This document shows, in pieces, positions 1 to 11,635 of a DNA stretch of 64,000 nt. Positions within the stretch are counted from its first letter, which is position 1. Every line of letters begins with the position of its first letter. A model generated the notes under the pieces. That model worked only from the letters and a program-made list of their open reading frames with translations. It ran no database searches and was not told the DNA's origin. The stretch lies in assembly GCA_976226885.1 (NCBI GenBank), contig OZ320317.1, positions 74,958,001 through 75,022,000 on the forward strand, given 5' to 3'. A program made the position numbers and the translations under genes. This DNA comes from Iphione sp. A-MEVVRFRX5. Lineage: Eukaryota.

Positions 1-1056
1 CATAGAGCAGCTATTGCTGATATGATGATACACGGAGGTCATATTTATCTTACATTAAGGAGCGTAAGATATTACGGAAAGAGAAATAGAGGCTGGGGAG
101 GAGGAGTTCTGATGGTGAGGTAAGCGAAAGGGTATAGGGTGACGGACAAGACCACAGATTTGAGAGCGGTTACGATGGACAAAATGAGTAAGATACAGAC
201 GAGAGCAAGACATGGGTCGTACATCTATATGAAGAAGTGTTTATCAGAATGATTTGCATATGTCATGTCATATTTATTCATATTGATTTTCGCATAATAT
301 GGTCACGCCATATTTTCAGATACTTGGTATACATTTGCTAGGAGGAACCATCTTATAATACGAGGGAGAAACCATTTAATGACTAAAAAAAACTCCCTAT
401 GGAATTGACCACAGATCAGGATTTACTCCTCAGATTCACCATAACTCATGTTTTACTCCTGAGTTATTCAATAGTTCTTTTTACCAAAATGGGACCTAGT
501 GATTCGATTTTGCCTTTTACCCCTGCATGCCAAACGTTAAGTGGGATACACACCTCGTACAGCTAGTGTGTGGGTGTGCATGTGTGTATACTGAGCCATG
601 CTATGCTTTAAGTGAGATACCTTGCAAGGCATGTACTTGATATATTACCCCAGTATGAATACACACTAGGCTACACCTTGTGGTAATTCCTCCTGTGGTA
701 ATATATTGCGTACAGCACATTATGTTAAGTATCTACCATGTTTAATAAAAAAGCTATACTGTGTATTTATTAGACCATGGCTGTAATCACACAGTTTGCA
801 GGGACCGTTTATCCTAGAACAGCCTACATTTTAAGATTAAAAAACTGTATCTTCTTCTTACAAGTTAATTTTTGTTTTTAATTTTTCCAACAAACTACAA
901 TATTCTATGAGAGGATATGGATGAAAAGACCCGGGCGAAAGGGAAGAATTGAGAGTGAAAGTAAGGAGGAAGTTTTGAAGGGATCCCACACTCCAGATGT
1001 GTGGAGAGAAAGACACCTTTCACCTTTCCAAACATTACAATTAACACTAAAATAAC

Positions 1057-1302
1057 CAGGCCCGTAGGCAGGAATATTTGTGTGTGTGTGTGGGGGGGGG
1101 GGGTATTTGAAAGTAGAGAGGTGGAACTCCTGGCGAGCATTCTGCAACAAAGTATTATTCTATTACATTTCTAACACGATTACTACATGTTTACTCCATT
1201 TTCAGTTTATTTTACTATATTTCTACCACAATAGGTGGGACTCGTGGGCCTTTGTAAGGGATATCGGACGATATCCCCGGTACTCCCTTGGCTATGGGCC
1301 TG
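1057..1302. mobile_element. Non-autonomous TIR element, variant of the CAGGCCCGTAGCCA MITE family with a longer, different interior
   Basis: Ends CAGGCCCGTAGGCAGG (1057) and TTGGCTATGGGCCTG (1302). Retains GGTGGAACT and GATATCGGACGATA core motifs shared with copies at 15107 and 24055. No direct TSD visible. Confidence 0.6.
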
Positions 1303-1991
1303 GTTAATAACTACATTTATGTTACACGTATACATATACATGTAAATCTCAGACAAACAGAAAAGCCACAATAAGAAACGTGAACTTCAATGAGGCGTCA
1401 AGTTGTATGATTATTGAAAGTTTCTTTGTATAGCTGAGAATGTAATGGGTACAGCTATATATTAATGATACAGTCATGGAATCTTAAACTTTATATCATA
1501 TTCGTTGCGTCTTCAGTACACTTATGTACATGTGTAATTATGGCTAATTATTGGCAGTGCCTGGCGTTTGGAAGCTCCGGTTGCCAGCAGAGGTCTTTGC
1601 CATGAAAAAATATTGTGTGTCTACAACTCATACAAAGGCAATGGGTGTATAGGATTCTGTCCCATATTCACAAAAAGATCCCAGAAACCTATTTGAAATA
1701 AGATTAGGGGACAGCCCCAGGTATTCTGGTATCTCAGTTCTCAATAATAGATGGTACTATGCTACCCTATAGGAGGATATGGAAGAGCCCTGTCATATGG
1801 CAGCTGAATATCTAGTTCCTGGTAAAAGATACAATGAAATGAAAATGAAAATTATATACCCCTCCCCTCCTTTTATCTTATACAGCAGAGTCTCTATTTA
1901 TGACCATATCAATTTACATGTACATATACATGTGTATATGCAGACTTGTATGTTAAGGAACATATATTTCTATTGCAGCTCAATTTTTACA

Positions 1992-2921
1992 ATGAAGGAG
2001 GCTAATTTGCAAGCCGAAATAGATGACAGTGTTCGCATCGCGGACATCCGAACACAGCCAGTTGAGGAATATCGAGGCGATTTAACCCAGATGAGAGAGA
2101 AACAATACATTGAAGCTTTTATGAAGAAGCCTGGGAACGTCAAGGGCGGTGCAGACAATGTCCGCTTCACCTTACACATCATGAAACGATACAACAAACC
2201 CGTCCCCAATACACGTCGTGCCTACTCATACGGGGCGCCAGCGGACACACTCTTGATCCCGGAGAAGTCGACCGTGTCCAAAATCGTCGAGGGCATCGTC
2301 GATCCTGGACCGTCCATCAAGCTGCTCCACGCCCAAGTCAAACCCATGCACTTCCAGAAGCCCAGCTCCAGCGCCTTTTGCGAGGTACTCGGTCCGGCGG
2401 CTTGTAAGGAATGCATAGAGGGTACAAACCGCTACACGGCCCACCAAGTAGAGAAGGTGACCCTCCCGAAAATGGTTTGCTGTCCTGGGACTGCTCTGGT
2501 GTCACCCAGGATCACCCACGTGGAGGCCCGAGACAACCAACGGATGATTCTGAAAAAGAAGGAGCAGAAGAAATCGCAGAAGGAGGGCCGCGACATGTCG
2601 CGAGAGCGTTCTGTCACATTGGCCATCAAGAGGAAAGTCTCCAAGAAGAAGCCGACAAAATCCTCGGACCACTCGGTGAATGTGATCCTGCCCACGCTCT
2701 CACAAGGAGTACCCACCCTACACAAAGATGGAGACGGAGTTCGCGTTAAGATGTACGATCGGCGGTGGGAAGCACGAGCAAATGACTTTTTCAATAAGGA
2801 AACGAGGGGCCAACAAGGCCAGGATTCAAGTCTTCATCTCTCCGAACAACAACAGAGGTTGAGGGAAATGTTAGAGAAAATCAAGTACAAATCGGTGGTT
2901 GGTGGTAATCATCCTCGATGA
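1992..2921 (+). CDS. Uncharacterised 309-aa protein encoded by one coding exon; Cys cluster and Lys-rich basic segment
   Basis: Splice-acceptor-like TTTCTATTGCAG ends at 1978, ATG at 1992, open to TGA at 2921. GC rises sharply over the ORF relative to the flanks; AATAAA near 3038. The ORF-track start (1779) lies in AT-rich intron-like sequence. Confidence 0.7.
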   Translation: MKEANLQAEIDDSVRIADIRTQPVEEYRGDLTQMREKQYIEAFMKKPGNVKGGADNVRFTLHIMKRYNKPVPNTRRAYSYGAPADTLLIPEKSTVSKIVEGIVDPGPSIKLLHAQVKPMHFQKPSSSAFCEVLGPAACKECIEGTNRYTAHQVEKVTLPKMVCCPGTALVSPRITHVEARDNQRMILKKKEQKKSQKEGRDMSRERSVTLAIKRKVSKKKPTKSSDHSVNVILPTLSQGVPTLHKDGDGVRVKMYDRRWEARANDFFNKETRGQQGQDSSLHLSEQQQRLREMLEKIKYKSVVGGNHPR

Positions 2922-3479
2922 ACATGTCCCGCCAATCATTATGACCAGTGTTTGTAAAGAAATCTTAAATCTAGCAGACAGCTTACAGAAAATACACAAG
3001 GCGTAGATACACATTGTGACATTGCGACTCTGAGCAAAATAAATGTGAAACTGCAAATGGGAGACGAGATCTATCTGTTTTATATGAAACAGAAAGAAGA
3101 AAGTTGGAATAGAAAGGACAGGTGCATGAATACGGAAAGTATGTAATAGTATGCTTACCTGAGCGTCCTGGAATCATACCTAGTATTTATGACATTATGA
3201 AGGGCAGATGGAGGACGGTATAGGGGAAGGTATATTCTTATCAAGAGAACAGTTTGGATCGATTACTTTAGTCAAATATATACACATAGTACCAGGATAC
3301 ATGTCACAATTGGGTCGAATATGGCCATTTTAATACTTGCAGGTGCGTATTAAAATTATGTATGAAAAAGGACCGACCGTATGTTGTAACCAATTGTAAC
3401 TTTTTCTTCTTGTAACTTTCTTCTTTTTTGAATATCTTTTTGAATAATAGAGACTCATAAAATACATCATTTTGTTTCT

Positions 3480-3650
3480 CAAGCCATCAGCTTTCATATG
3501 ATATATGTATCAAGCAGTCGAAGTAAACATATATATACATGTGCATTTGTAGTTTTCAGGATCATTAACATTGAAAAAAATAAAAATAAAAATACGCCTA
3601 CCTACTGACCCTATATGTTTTCAGCATATTACCAGAAACCCAAAGACTTC
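3480..3650 (+). repeat. Fragment of dispersed DNA-transposon-like repeat (related copy on minus strand at ~52535-52735)
   Basis: Shared ordered motifs CAGCTTTCATATG, AAGCAGTnGAAGT, TTCAGG..CATTAACAnTGAAAA and CTACCTA in both copies. Confidence 0.55.
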
Positions 3651-4250
3651 TTTAGGCCTTTTTGTTCAGGTCACGGTATCGGATGTATCGTGCAGCTTAT
3701 ACTTTTAGCTAACTGCTGGGGAAGATACATCATTCTGGTCGGCAAAACTCTCTTCTCACGAAATTTTGGATGAACTGACAAGCTGCTTCACCTGGAAATG
3801 CCACAACCATCAAGCAAGTTCCATGCAGTCAGTTGTGCATAACACCTTCGTTAATGCCAGTGTTGTCTACATTCAATCACCCTCCTGCAGCAAAAACATG
3901 GTATACACAGGAACTTTAGGTTGCCTAAATTCTGTTGAGAAGATTACAGACTCATCTCTCAAACACAAGGTAGTGTGAGTAAATGTAATGTAAAGTATAC
4001 GATTTAGTGCATGTAATTTTAACGTGAATCAATTACTTACCTTAATTCTCCGGCACATAGTTACATATCTGACCTCTTTTCTCCATCAGATAAAAAAACA
4101 AATATGGATCTCCAGTTAATGTTAATAATTATTGATGCACTAACCTACCATGAACATTGGCGACAAGGGAAGCTGAAATTCGCCAGTAAACGTGATTTGT
4201 AGAGGAGATAAGCTCACTTTTAGCATTCGTATTAGCAGCAGATGAGGCCA

Positions 4251-4571
4251 CAAAAAATAGGTGTTTCTGGTAACCCACCCCTACTTAGTAAAACCTCACC
4301 CTACCTAAAAAATTTTTGGCCCCAAAGAGTTTCCAAAGCAGAATTTCCTTAGATATATGTTTTCACGACACATGTTTTGTGTAAATTCAGTAGAAAAACA
4401 AACAAATCCATGGAAATTCAGCAAAAAACTGCAAAATGGTCTAAATTTATCAAATAATCTTTATTATTGAAAATCAGAGAAAGAAAGTGGAAAGAAAATT
4501 ATATAAAAAAAATAGCCCCCTCCCTACCTAGGTTTTTGGGTGGTTGTTACCAGAAACACACCTATTTTTTG
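4251..4571 (+). mobile_element. ~320-bp non-autonomous TIR element (MITE)
   Basis: Inverted termini CAAAAAATAGGTG..TTTCTGGTAAC / GTTACCAGAAACACACCTATTTTTTG. Diverged reverse-complement copy at 22266-22600. Confidence 0.75.
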
Positions 4572-6865
4572 TCTGACATTAGGAAATTTAGAACAGAGGT
4601 AAATATTTGACAACAAATCAATCATCAGCCCTTTTAGAGTATACTACTTTTTCGATAGTCAAACGTGTGTCAAGAATCCACCTACGTCAGTGTAGATTCG
4701 GTATTTGTTTTTTTTTATTTTGTTGTCATAAATTGAAACTTTCCAAGGTATAAATAAGACAAGATAAAATTAGAAGAATGGAATACAGCAGAAAGCCTAT
4801 AATCAGGACACCCTTAGTTCTTTTTCAAACTGTCTCTAAAGGAGACATGTCCTTATTGAAGACTTCTTTTAATATAGAGAAAGTAGAATCTGATCTTCAC
4901 AAAGGCGTCCCTATCAGAGACATGTCCCTGTTGGAGATGTGTCCCAAAGGTGGCTATCTGCTGTTCACATTTTGTAGTATATTTGCATCTCAGTATTAAG
5001 ATCGACAGATTTGTTCACGCTTCAATATATCCACATATAGTTTGATAGTGGTGAAACATATCAGATAATCCCAGATATATGATTGACTTGATCAAGATAT
5101 GCCCTACACATATAACCTTCAGGGGATGGGTCTGCAAGAAAACCTATCGAATACAGAAAGGAAAGCACTGCGACATGAAGGGCTGTGCATCTCAAGGAAA
5201 TATCTCCCTGGGATGTGCATACCAAAAGGCATCAAGTTTGAGAACACGTTGCAGGTGAAAAAGGATAAAATATAAAAAAATAGAGGATGCAGAGATTGTT
5301 TGAATTTAATTTAAAATTTAAAGCTTATGTAGAAACATCTATAAATCATTTTACCTAAAAAGCTTTTGAAACATGCCTGTTTGAAGACCATTCAGTTTAA
5401 TGTTTTTTTCAAAAAAAAATCAAATATGTATCAAAAGACATTTTTGGGAAAACGTGGCAAAAAAAGGCATTTTTGCAATATGTCAATAGCATTTTTGTGT
5501 TTGCTGGAACAATAAAAACCAAATAGGAAAGAGGCCATCTACCAGAAGAGAGTACAAACGGTACTCAGCTGAATAAAAGCAAACGGTTAAACTGTAGAGG
5601 AAGACAAAGGTAGCCTGACATGAACACTGCTGGGACTTTCAAATACAAAGAGGAAGCGAAGGCATCGAGCGAGGGTAGTATGTCCAGTCCACGGAGATGC
5701 TGAGGGGAATCGGCTTTATATCTTACAGCAACCAATTCTGAACGATATAATGATGACATAAACGCAGCACTACATGTATATAACTTAAATTTTATTTCGA
5801 CAAACTTTGTCTCCACCTAAATATGTGACCAGCCAAGGAAAAAGGGTATTCCAGTGCTAACCTATGGGAACTAAAGAACATTTTTGGCTATCATTTGGTG
5901 TAAAGATTGTGTAAATATTCTTTCTAGGTCCTGAGATCTCTCAATTCAAAGTTGATATAACCGACCTTTAAAAAAGATAAAATTTAATGCTTAATGCATT
6001 CCTTGACATTCTATAGTGTTACTATTGAGATGCTGTGAAATACATAAATTATTCTTAAATTTTCATTCTTTCACAGAATCTGTTCTAGAAAAGATATTCT
6101 TAAAAGGGTTTCAGTTCTTGATAGGTCATTTCTTATATTTCTGTACTATAAAGACATTTAAAATAATCCTCAAATTTTGTCACTATGGTAACTTAATGTA
6201 TTTATTTATGTAAATTAGCTCATTAACATATCTGATCACATGACTTAAAATAACTTAATAAATAATAAGAATTTACAAAAATGGACTTTTGCAACAGATT
6301 CTACAGGAAAAATCAGAAAAAAGAGTTTTTCATGACTAGATTTCCATTTCCTTCATTTTTGGCCTCAAATAATGGTTATTTTACACTTTGACTTTTTTGC
6401 GCAGGATACCCCTTTTCCCATGGCTGGTCACATATACTTAAATGGTGGTATCTCAATATCTGTTGGGAGTATTAAGATACAAGTTTATTTATCTTATCAA
6501 TCCAATGAAGACGGTCCCTGGATGTTTTACGTCGGAAGCCAGCAGGTATTCTAAGATTATCTGATACTTAACACAACATCAGGATATAGTTGTCTCAACA
6601 TCTCAGTGAGATACATATACAAGTACATGTACATTGTATATGTAAAGATTAGTGAAGCATGAAATGAGGTTCTTCTGCATATAACAACCAATGTCTGGTC
6701 AATAAATCTCTCCCATATAATCATGAATGTCAAGCCAATACCCTTAGTTGGTTGGTGTTGTATAGATGGCAGAGACAACGTCTTTTTAAGGCTATCATTT
6801 AATGAATGCATATATTTAGTTAAAACATGGGCTTTCCCCCCACTTTCCACATACGTATTTCCATG

Positions 6866-6881
6866 AGAGTGTGCATTTTCC

Positions 6882-6918
<37 letters not shown>

Positions 6919-6960
6919 GCAAACCTCTTGAAACTGAGCCATAACTGTAAGGCAGGGTTT
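6866..6960. repeat. Left copy of ~95-bp target-site duplication of the LINE, containing (TC)n
   Basis: AGAGTGTGCATTTTCCTACCC(TC)15CTGCAAACCTCTTGAAACTGAGCCATAACTGTAAGGCAGGGTTT, repeated directly at 13618-13716; abuts the poly(T). Confidence 0.9.
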
Positions 6961-7568
6961 TTTTTTTTTTTTATGTCTTTATTTTTCCTGATACTTATAT
7001 ACATTTTAAGTAAGTTCTCAGGTACAATCTAGGTCATTTCGTCATGGTATGGGTATGTACATAATGAGCAGAGATAGTATTTACATAATAATACACTTTG
7101 TACATGGGATGAGTTGACCATTGCATAGCGTCATATCAAAATTGTTTTGGGTTACTGTAATGGTGGATTGCCTTGTAGGATATCATCGTTGGTTGAATAG
7201 TTTGTAAGCACCACAATATGTAGAACAGTACAATAAGTTAAGAGTTTTTCATTTGATAAAAACATTTGCTCTTCGCTAGTATTTGTCTATGGGGCATCAT
7301 TCAGACAGAGCCCAGAATGATGCTTTCCGACTGCTCCCAGACATAGCCCAGGGAGTTAATTAATTCATCTTTGTGAGCAAAGTTTTATGTCTTTAATTTT
7401 GCCATTATATTGATTTGAAAACTACCTGTTATGCAAAGGCCATGGTACCTCTGTTGTGTGAATGAGCTATACTACGTCATATAGTTTTATACAGTTGCAT
7501 ATAGATAACAATAACAATGTCCAGACAGAGCCCAGGACAGCTTGTTCTATCGTTGATTTTAAGTAACA

Positions 7569-10352
7569 TTACGTCCCTCCCTTAAGGTACTTTAGAAAGG
7601 CAGGTTTATCTAAATTTATTACTTCTAATGGTAGCTCATTCCACATTTTACCACCTGCATAGCTGATGCTCAATTTGAATGCCTCATAGTTTGGACGTGG
7701 TAGGGGGAACATTGGTTTAGCCCGGTTCCTTGTTCTTGGATCCACCTGCAGTGTGGTTTCACCTTCTATGTGTCTACTATACATTGTAGCCATGATATGT
7801 AGTCTAGTCTGAAGTGTTTGCGCCCGACTTAGCTTCATGGCTTCCTCTGTTCGAATATTTCTAAAGACAATACTTCTTATAACCTTATTGTATAGCTTCT
7901 CCAATCTTATGTAATTTCCTGCTTTCTGGGTTGTGTATATTAATAACGCATATTCAACTATTGGGAGGATCAGGGATTTGATAAGTAGTGCTCGGTCGTT
8001 CAAACAGAGATAGCGTCGAATTTTGCGAAAATAGTGTAACTTATGACCGGTTTTAGTAATTGTTTCATTCGTCTGGGCATCAAAGGACAGGGTATCATCG
8101 ATGGTGACACCTAGGTATTTATATTGCCGTACAGTTTTGAGAGGAACATTCATATAGGTTAATTCAGGCTAATCACGAGGTGGGAAACGGTACCTGAACC
8201 ACATGGCACTGCTTTTTGCCGGGTTTATTTGTATTTTGTGTTTTGATGTCCACTCTGCTATTTTATTTATGTCTAGCTGGGCCCTCGTTTTTGCTTCCCC
8301 AGTAGTTTTTGCACTTGTCATAATTACCATGTCATCCGCATATAATATCATCTTGCAGAAATTACATACGCTGCTAATTGGGTTAATAAAGATAGTAAAC
8401 AGGAGGGGGCCAAGGATGGAGCCTTGTGGCACTCCGCAGGTAATTAATTTTGTGGTGGATATTTCACCGTTTGCCTTTGTTCTTTGGGACCTATTTGAGA
8501 GGTAATCTTTAAACCACGGTAGACAAGTCACTACCCCCATGTTATGCAGATTCTCTAGTATGACACTATGATTGATGGAATCAAACGCCTTTCTATAATC
8601 AAAGAATACAGAAACAGTTTTTAACTTGTTGTTTAAGCTCTCATGTATATAGTCAGTTAGTTTGGCGATGGCCATTTCAGTCGATTTCCCAGCCCGAAAT
8701 CCAAATTGGATTCCAGACAGTAGTTTGTTCTGTTCAAGATAATTATAGAGCCTTGTATGGACTAATCTCTCCAATATCTTTGCTGGCAGTGGCAACACAC
8801 TGATTGGCCGGTAGTTGGCAATGTTCGTCTTATCACCCCCTTTATGCAGTGGCGTTACCATAGCTTCCTTCCACTTAGTAGGTATAGCATTATGTTGTAG
8901 GGACATATTTAAGATACTGAGAAATTGAGGAATTACATGTAGTAATAGTCGTTTCAAATATCTAGTCGGCAAGTCAGTTAGGCCTGAGGGCTTGGAGTCT
9001 TTTTGGGCTAGTATAATCTTCTTTAGTTCAAGCTCATTTGCACTCTTCATAATAAACTTGTTCTCCATATTATCATCATATACTGGAACATAGGTTCCTA
9101 GCGAGTCAGAGATATTGCTGCCAATCGATGTGAAATATTCATTAATCTTTTCACTAACTTCTATACCTCTTATCTCTTGGTCACCGTCACGTAACATTAT
9201 ATGAGGTTTGTCTCCCTTGTCCAACCCTAGGTGTTTTTTAATATTTTTCCAGAATTTTGATCCGTCCCCTCTGTTAGCATCTAATTGATTTCGTATGTAT
9301 TGCTTCTTTTTGAAATGGATCAACTGTCAAGTTTCATTTCGGGCTTCTACAGCTTGTTGTCTGGCTACATCATCCCCTGTTCTAGAGGCAAGTCGGAATA
9401 ATTTATTTCGTCTTCTTATACTGTCTAAGACCTCGCCATCTATCCATTCTCGCTTAGTCCTCTGACATTTTTTGATATGTCTCACTGGGCACAGATGATG
9501 TACTATAGACAGTAATATACGCAGGAGGTAGTCCCATCTGTCATCTATTTTTTTACTTTTCCAAAATGGACCCCAGTTTGTTTGTGACAGTAGTCTTCTG
9601 ATATTGACGGATGTTAGATTGTCAAATTTCCGTGTAGTGTGTACTTTCTTTGATTTTTGCTCCATTTGAACATGTCCAATCATTACTTCCACACAAATTA
9701 TGAAATGATCACTCAGGTATTCTTTCACTACATATCCTGTTGCTTTATCCAGGTATGTGAAAGCAAGGTCTATTCTGCTAGAGGAGTTACGGCTTTCCCT
9801 TGTTGGTTGGTGTATTAAGTCTGTCAACCCCTCCATTTGTACCCAATTTAGAATTCTCTTACTGCTAACATGTTCTATGTCCATATTGACATTGAAATCT
9901 CCCAGCACTAGGACATTGTCTTTACATTGCATTGTGCGCAGGTCGTTGGTTAGAGTGTCCAGTGCATTAGCGAGGTTACCATACAGGGGTCGGTATATTC
10001 CACATACGAATAGAGCATGTCCATTTTTCAAACTTAATCTTATCCAGATCTTTTCGATGTCATGTGTGCATAGGCAGTTCGCTGTCAATTCATTGGCACT
10101 ATGTATTACCTTAGTATTGTAATAAATTGCGATCCCACCCCCTTTTTTCTTTACACCATCTTTGTCTTCTCTATCTCTTCGGATCAGACCGTAATTGCCT
10201 ATTGAAACAGATGAGGATGGTATGCTTTCCGACAACCACGTTTCGGTAATAATTAGTACATCAGGAGTGTAGTTTTCCAACAGTATACCAATCTCATCTA
10301 TTTTCGGTAACAGACTACATATGTTCAGGTGCATAATCTTGATGTTAGTCAT
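7569..10352 (-). pseudogene. LINE ORF2: APE endonuclease + reverse transcriptase, ~927 codons, two in-frame stops (9327-9329 TGA; 8169-8171 TAG), no frameshifts
   Basis: The three track ORFs (9327-10352, 8169-9323, 7569-8153) share one frame. APE motifs HLN, ITETW, LGDFN, SDH; RT motifs NYRPISVLP, KAFD, GVPQGSILGP, YADD, YKYLG. Confidence 0.95.
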
Positions 10353-10969
10353 TATTAAGCAGGCAAGTCTCAGTACCCATTATTACAGAGTTGTTATATA
10401 ATTGGTCAGCAATGATGAAGTGAGAATTATTGTACAGTATATACAAGTATGATGCAGGAGACCGTATAGGTATCACTGCTAAGATGTGGATTGATTGCAT
10501 GGTTGGTGGTGTATGGTTTTCGCGAGTTTTGGAAACGGAGTATTGAGATATCAGGCTTTAAATTCTCCTAGTATAGATCGATTGGTTAGAATAATATCAG
10601 TACGATTTGTTCAGTTTGCGAGATTGTTTTATAATATAATCGTTCTCAAGTTTAGCACGTATTTGTTAGTTACTATCATTGAAAAATAGTATGGTAAGCT
10701 CATTGATTAATGTGCAACATAGAATAATGTCTTAATGTCTATGAGTATATATGTGTACTTATCTCGGCAGACATCTCTGGGTGTGGACGCCCTAAATGGG
10801 ATCGGAATGCCAATTGGAGGCGCAGACAGTCAGACACCGCCCGGACCGTCAACCTCCATTGGCTAGTATAGTCCAATGTAATTCAGCAGCATATTGTAGT
10901 ATCTACTGGTGGAGTACAGACAATCAGACACAGCCCCGATTTGTCCTCACAATAGTTGAGATACTTGCG

Positions 10970-11617
10970 TTAGATGTTTTTGGCCATCCATGAGCGTATC
11001 TTCTCAGCCATCCCCTCTAGTCCAGCGCTGTTCGGATGGCAGCCGTCGTAGAGTTTTCTGTATCGGTACCGCTGTTTACCCCGATGGAGCGACAGGATCA
11101 CTCGCGACATCCAGATCGACGTTTCTCCGTGCAGCCCGTTCAATTTGACTATGGCACGATTCAATCCGGTCACCATCGCCTCTACGTGCTTCTGGCAGTG
11201 TATATACTGGTCCCGATTCTTTTAGACAGCATTGAGACTGTAGTTGTACGTGACCAGATCGATACTATATACAGTGCAGAAGACGATCCTCGATCGAGGG
11301 AAAAGAGTGGACAATGTATTACGGAGTGTATGCATCTCACCGGTTATGTGTAATAGACCCTCATCGATGTCCAGGTATCTTGGTACTACCCAGCGTAGTC
11401 CATCTTTATGTACTAATCGCGTAGTATTGTTGATTCCAGCGGCGACCACTATGTATTTAGGCTCCTCACTCAGCTGTAGACCTCGAACGTATGACCCCAG
11501 CTTTTTGAAAGTTGCTCCTGGCAGAAAATGTACTTGTCCACGGAGACCACTCCTACGCAGGTGGCTCTGTAAATGCCTGCCCCGGCTGTCCAGAAGATAT
11601 ATTGTGTTTCGATCCAT
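10970..11617 (-). pseudogene. Stand-alone SGNH/GDSL-type esterase ORF of the LINE (~215 codons; one in-frame TAA at 11222-11224)
   Basis: Track ORFs 11222-11617 and 10970-11176 are in one frame. Block I YLLDSRG, block II PGAT, block III AAGINN and block V LYDGCHP are all present in order. Confidence 0.85.
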
Positions 11618-11635
11618 ATTTGTTACGATTGAGGC

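Noticed and set aside
1779-1991. N-terminal 71 aa of the 380-aa track ORF
   Set aside because: AT-rich intron-like sequence ending in a good acceptor at 1978; the real start is more likely ATG 1992.
5128-5260. Short Cys-rich reading frame
   Set aside because: About 45 codons, no start or splice context, no recognisable zinc-finger spacing.
8169-11224. Alternative genetic code or programmed readthrough explaining the in-frame stops
   Set aside because: Three different stop codons are involved and other genes terminate normally with TGA/TAG/TAA; point mutation is simpler.
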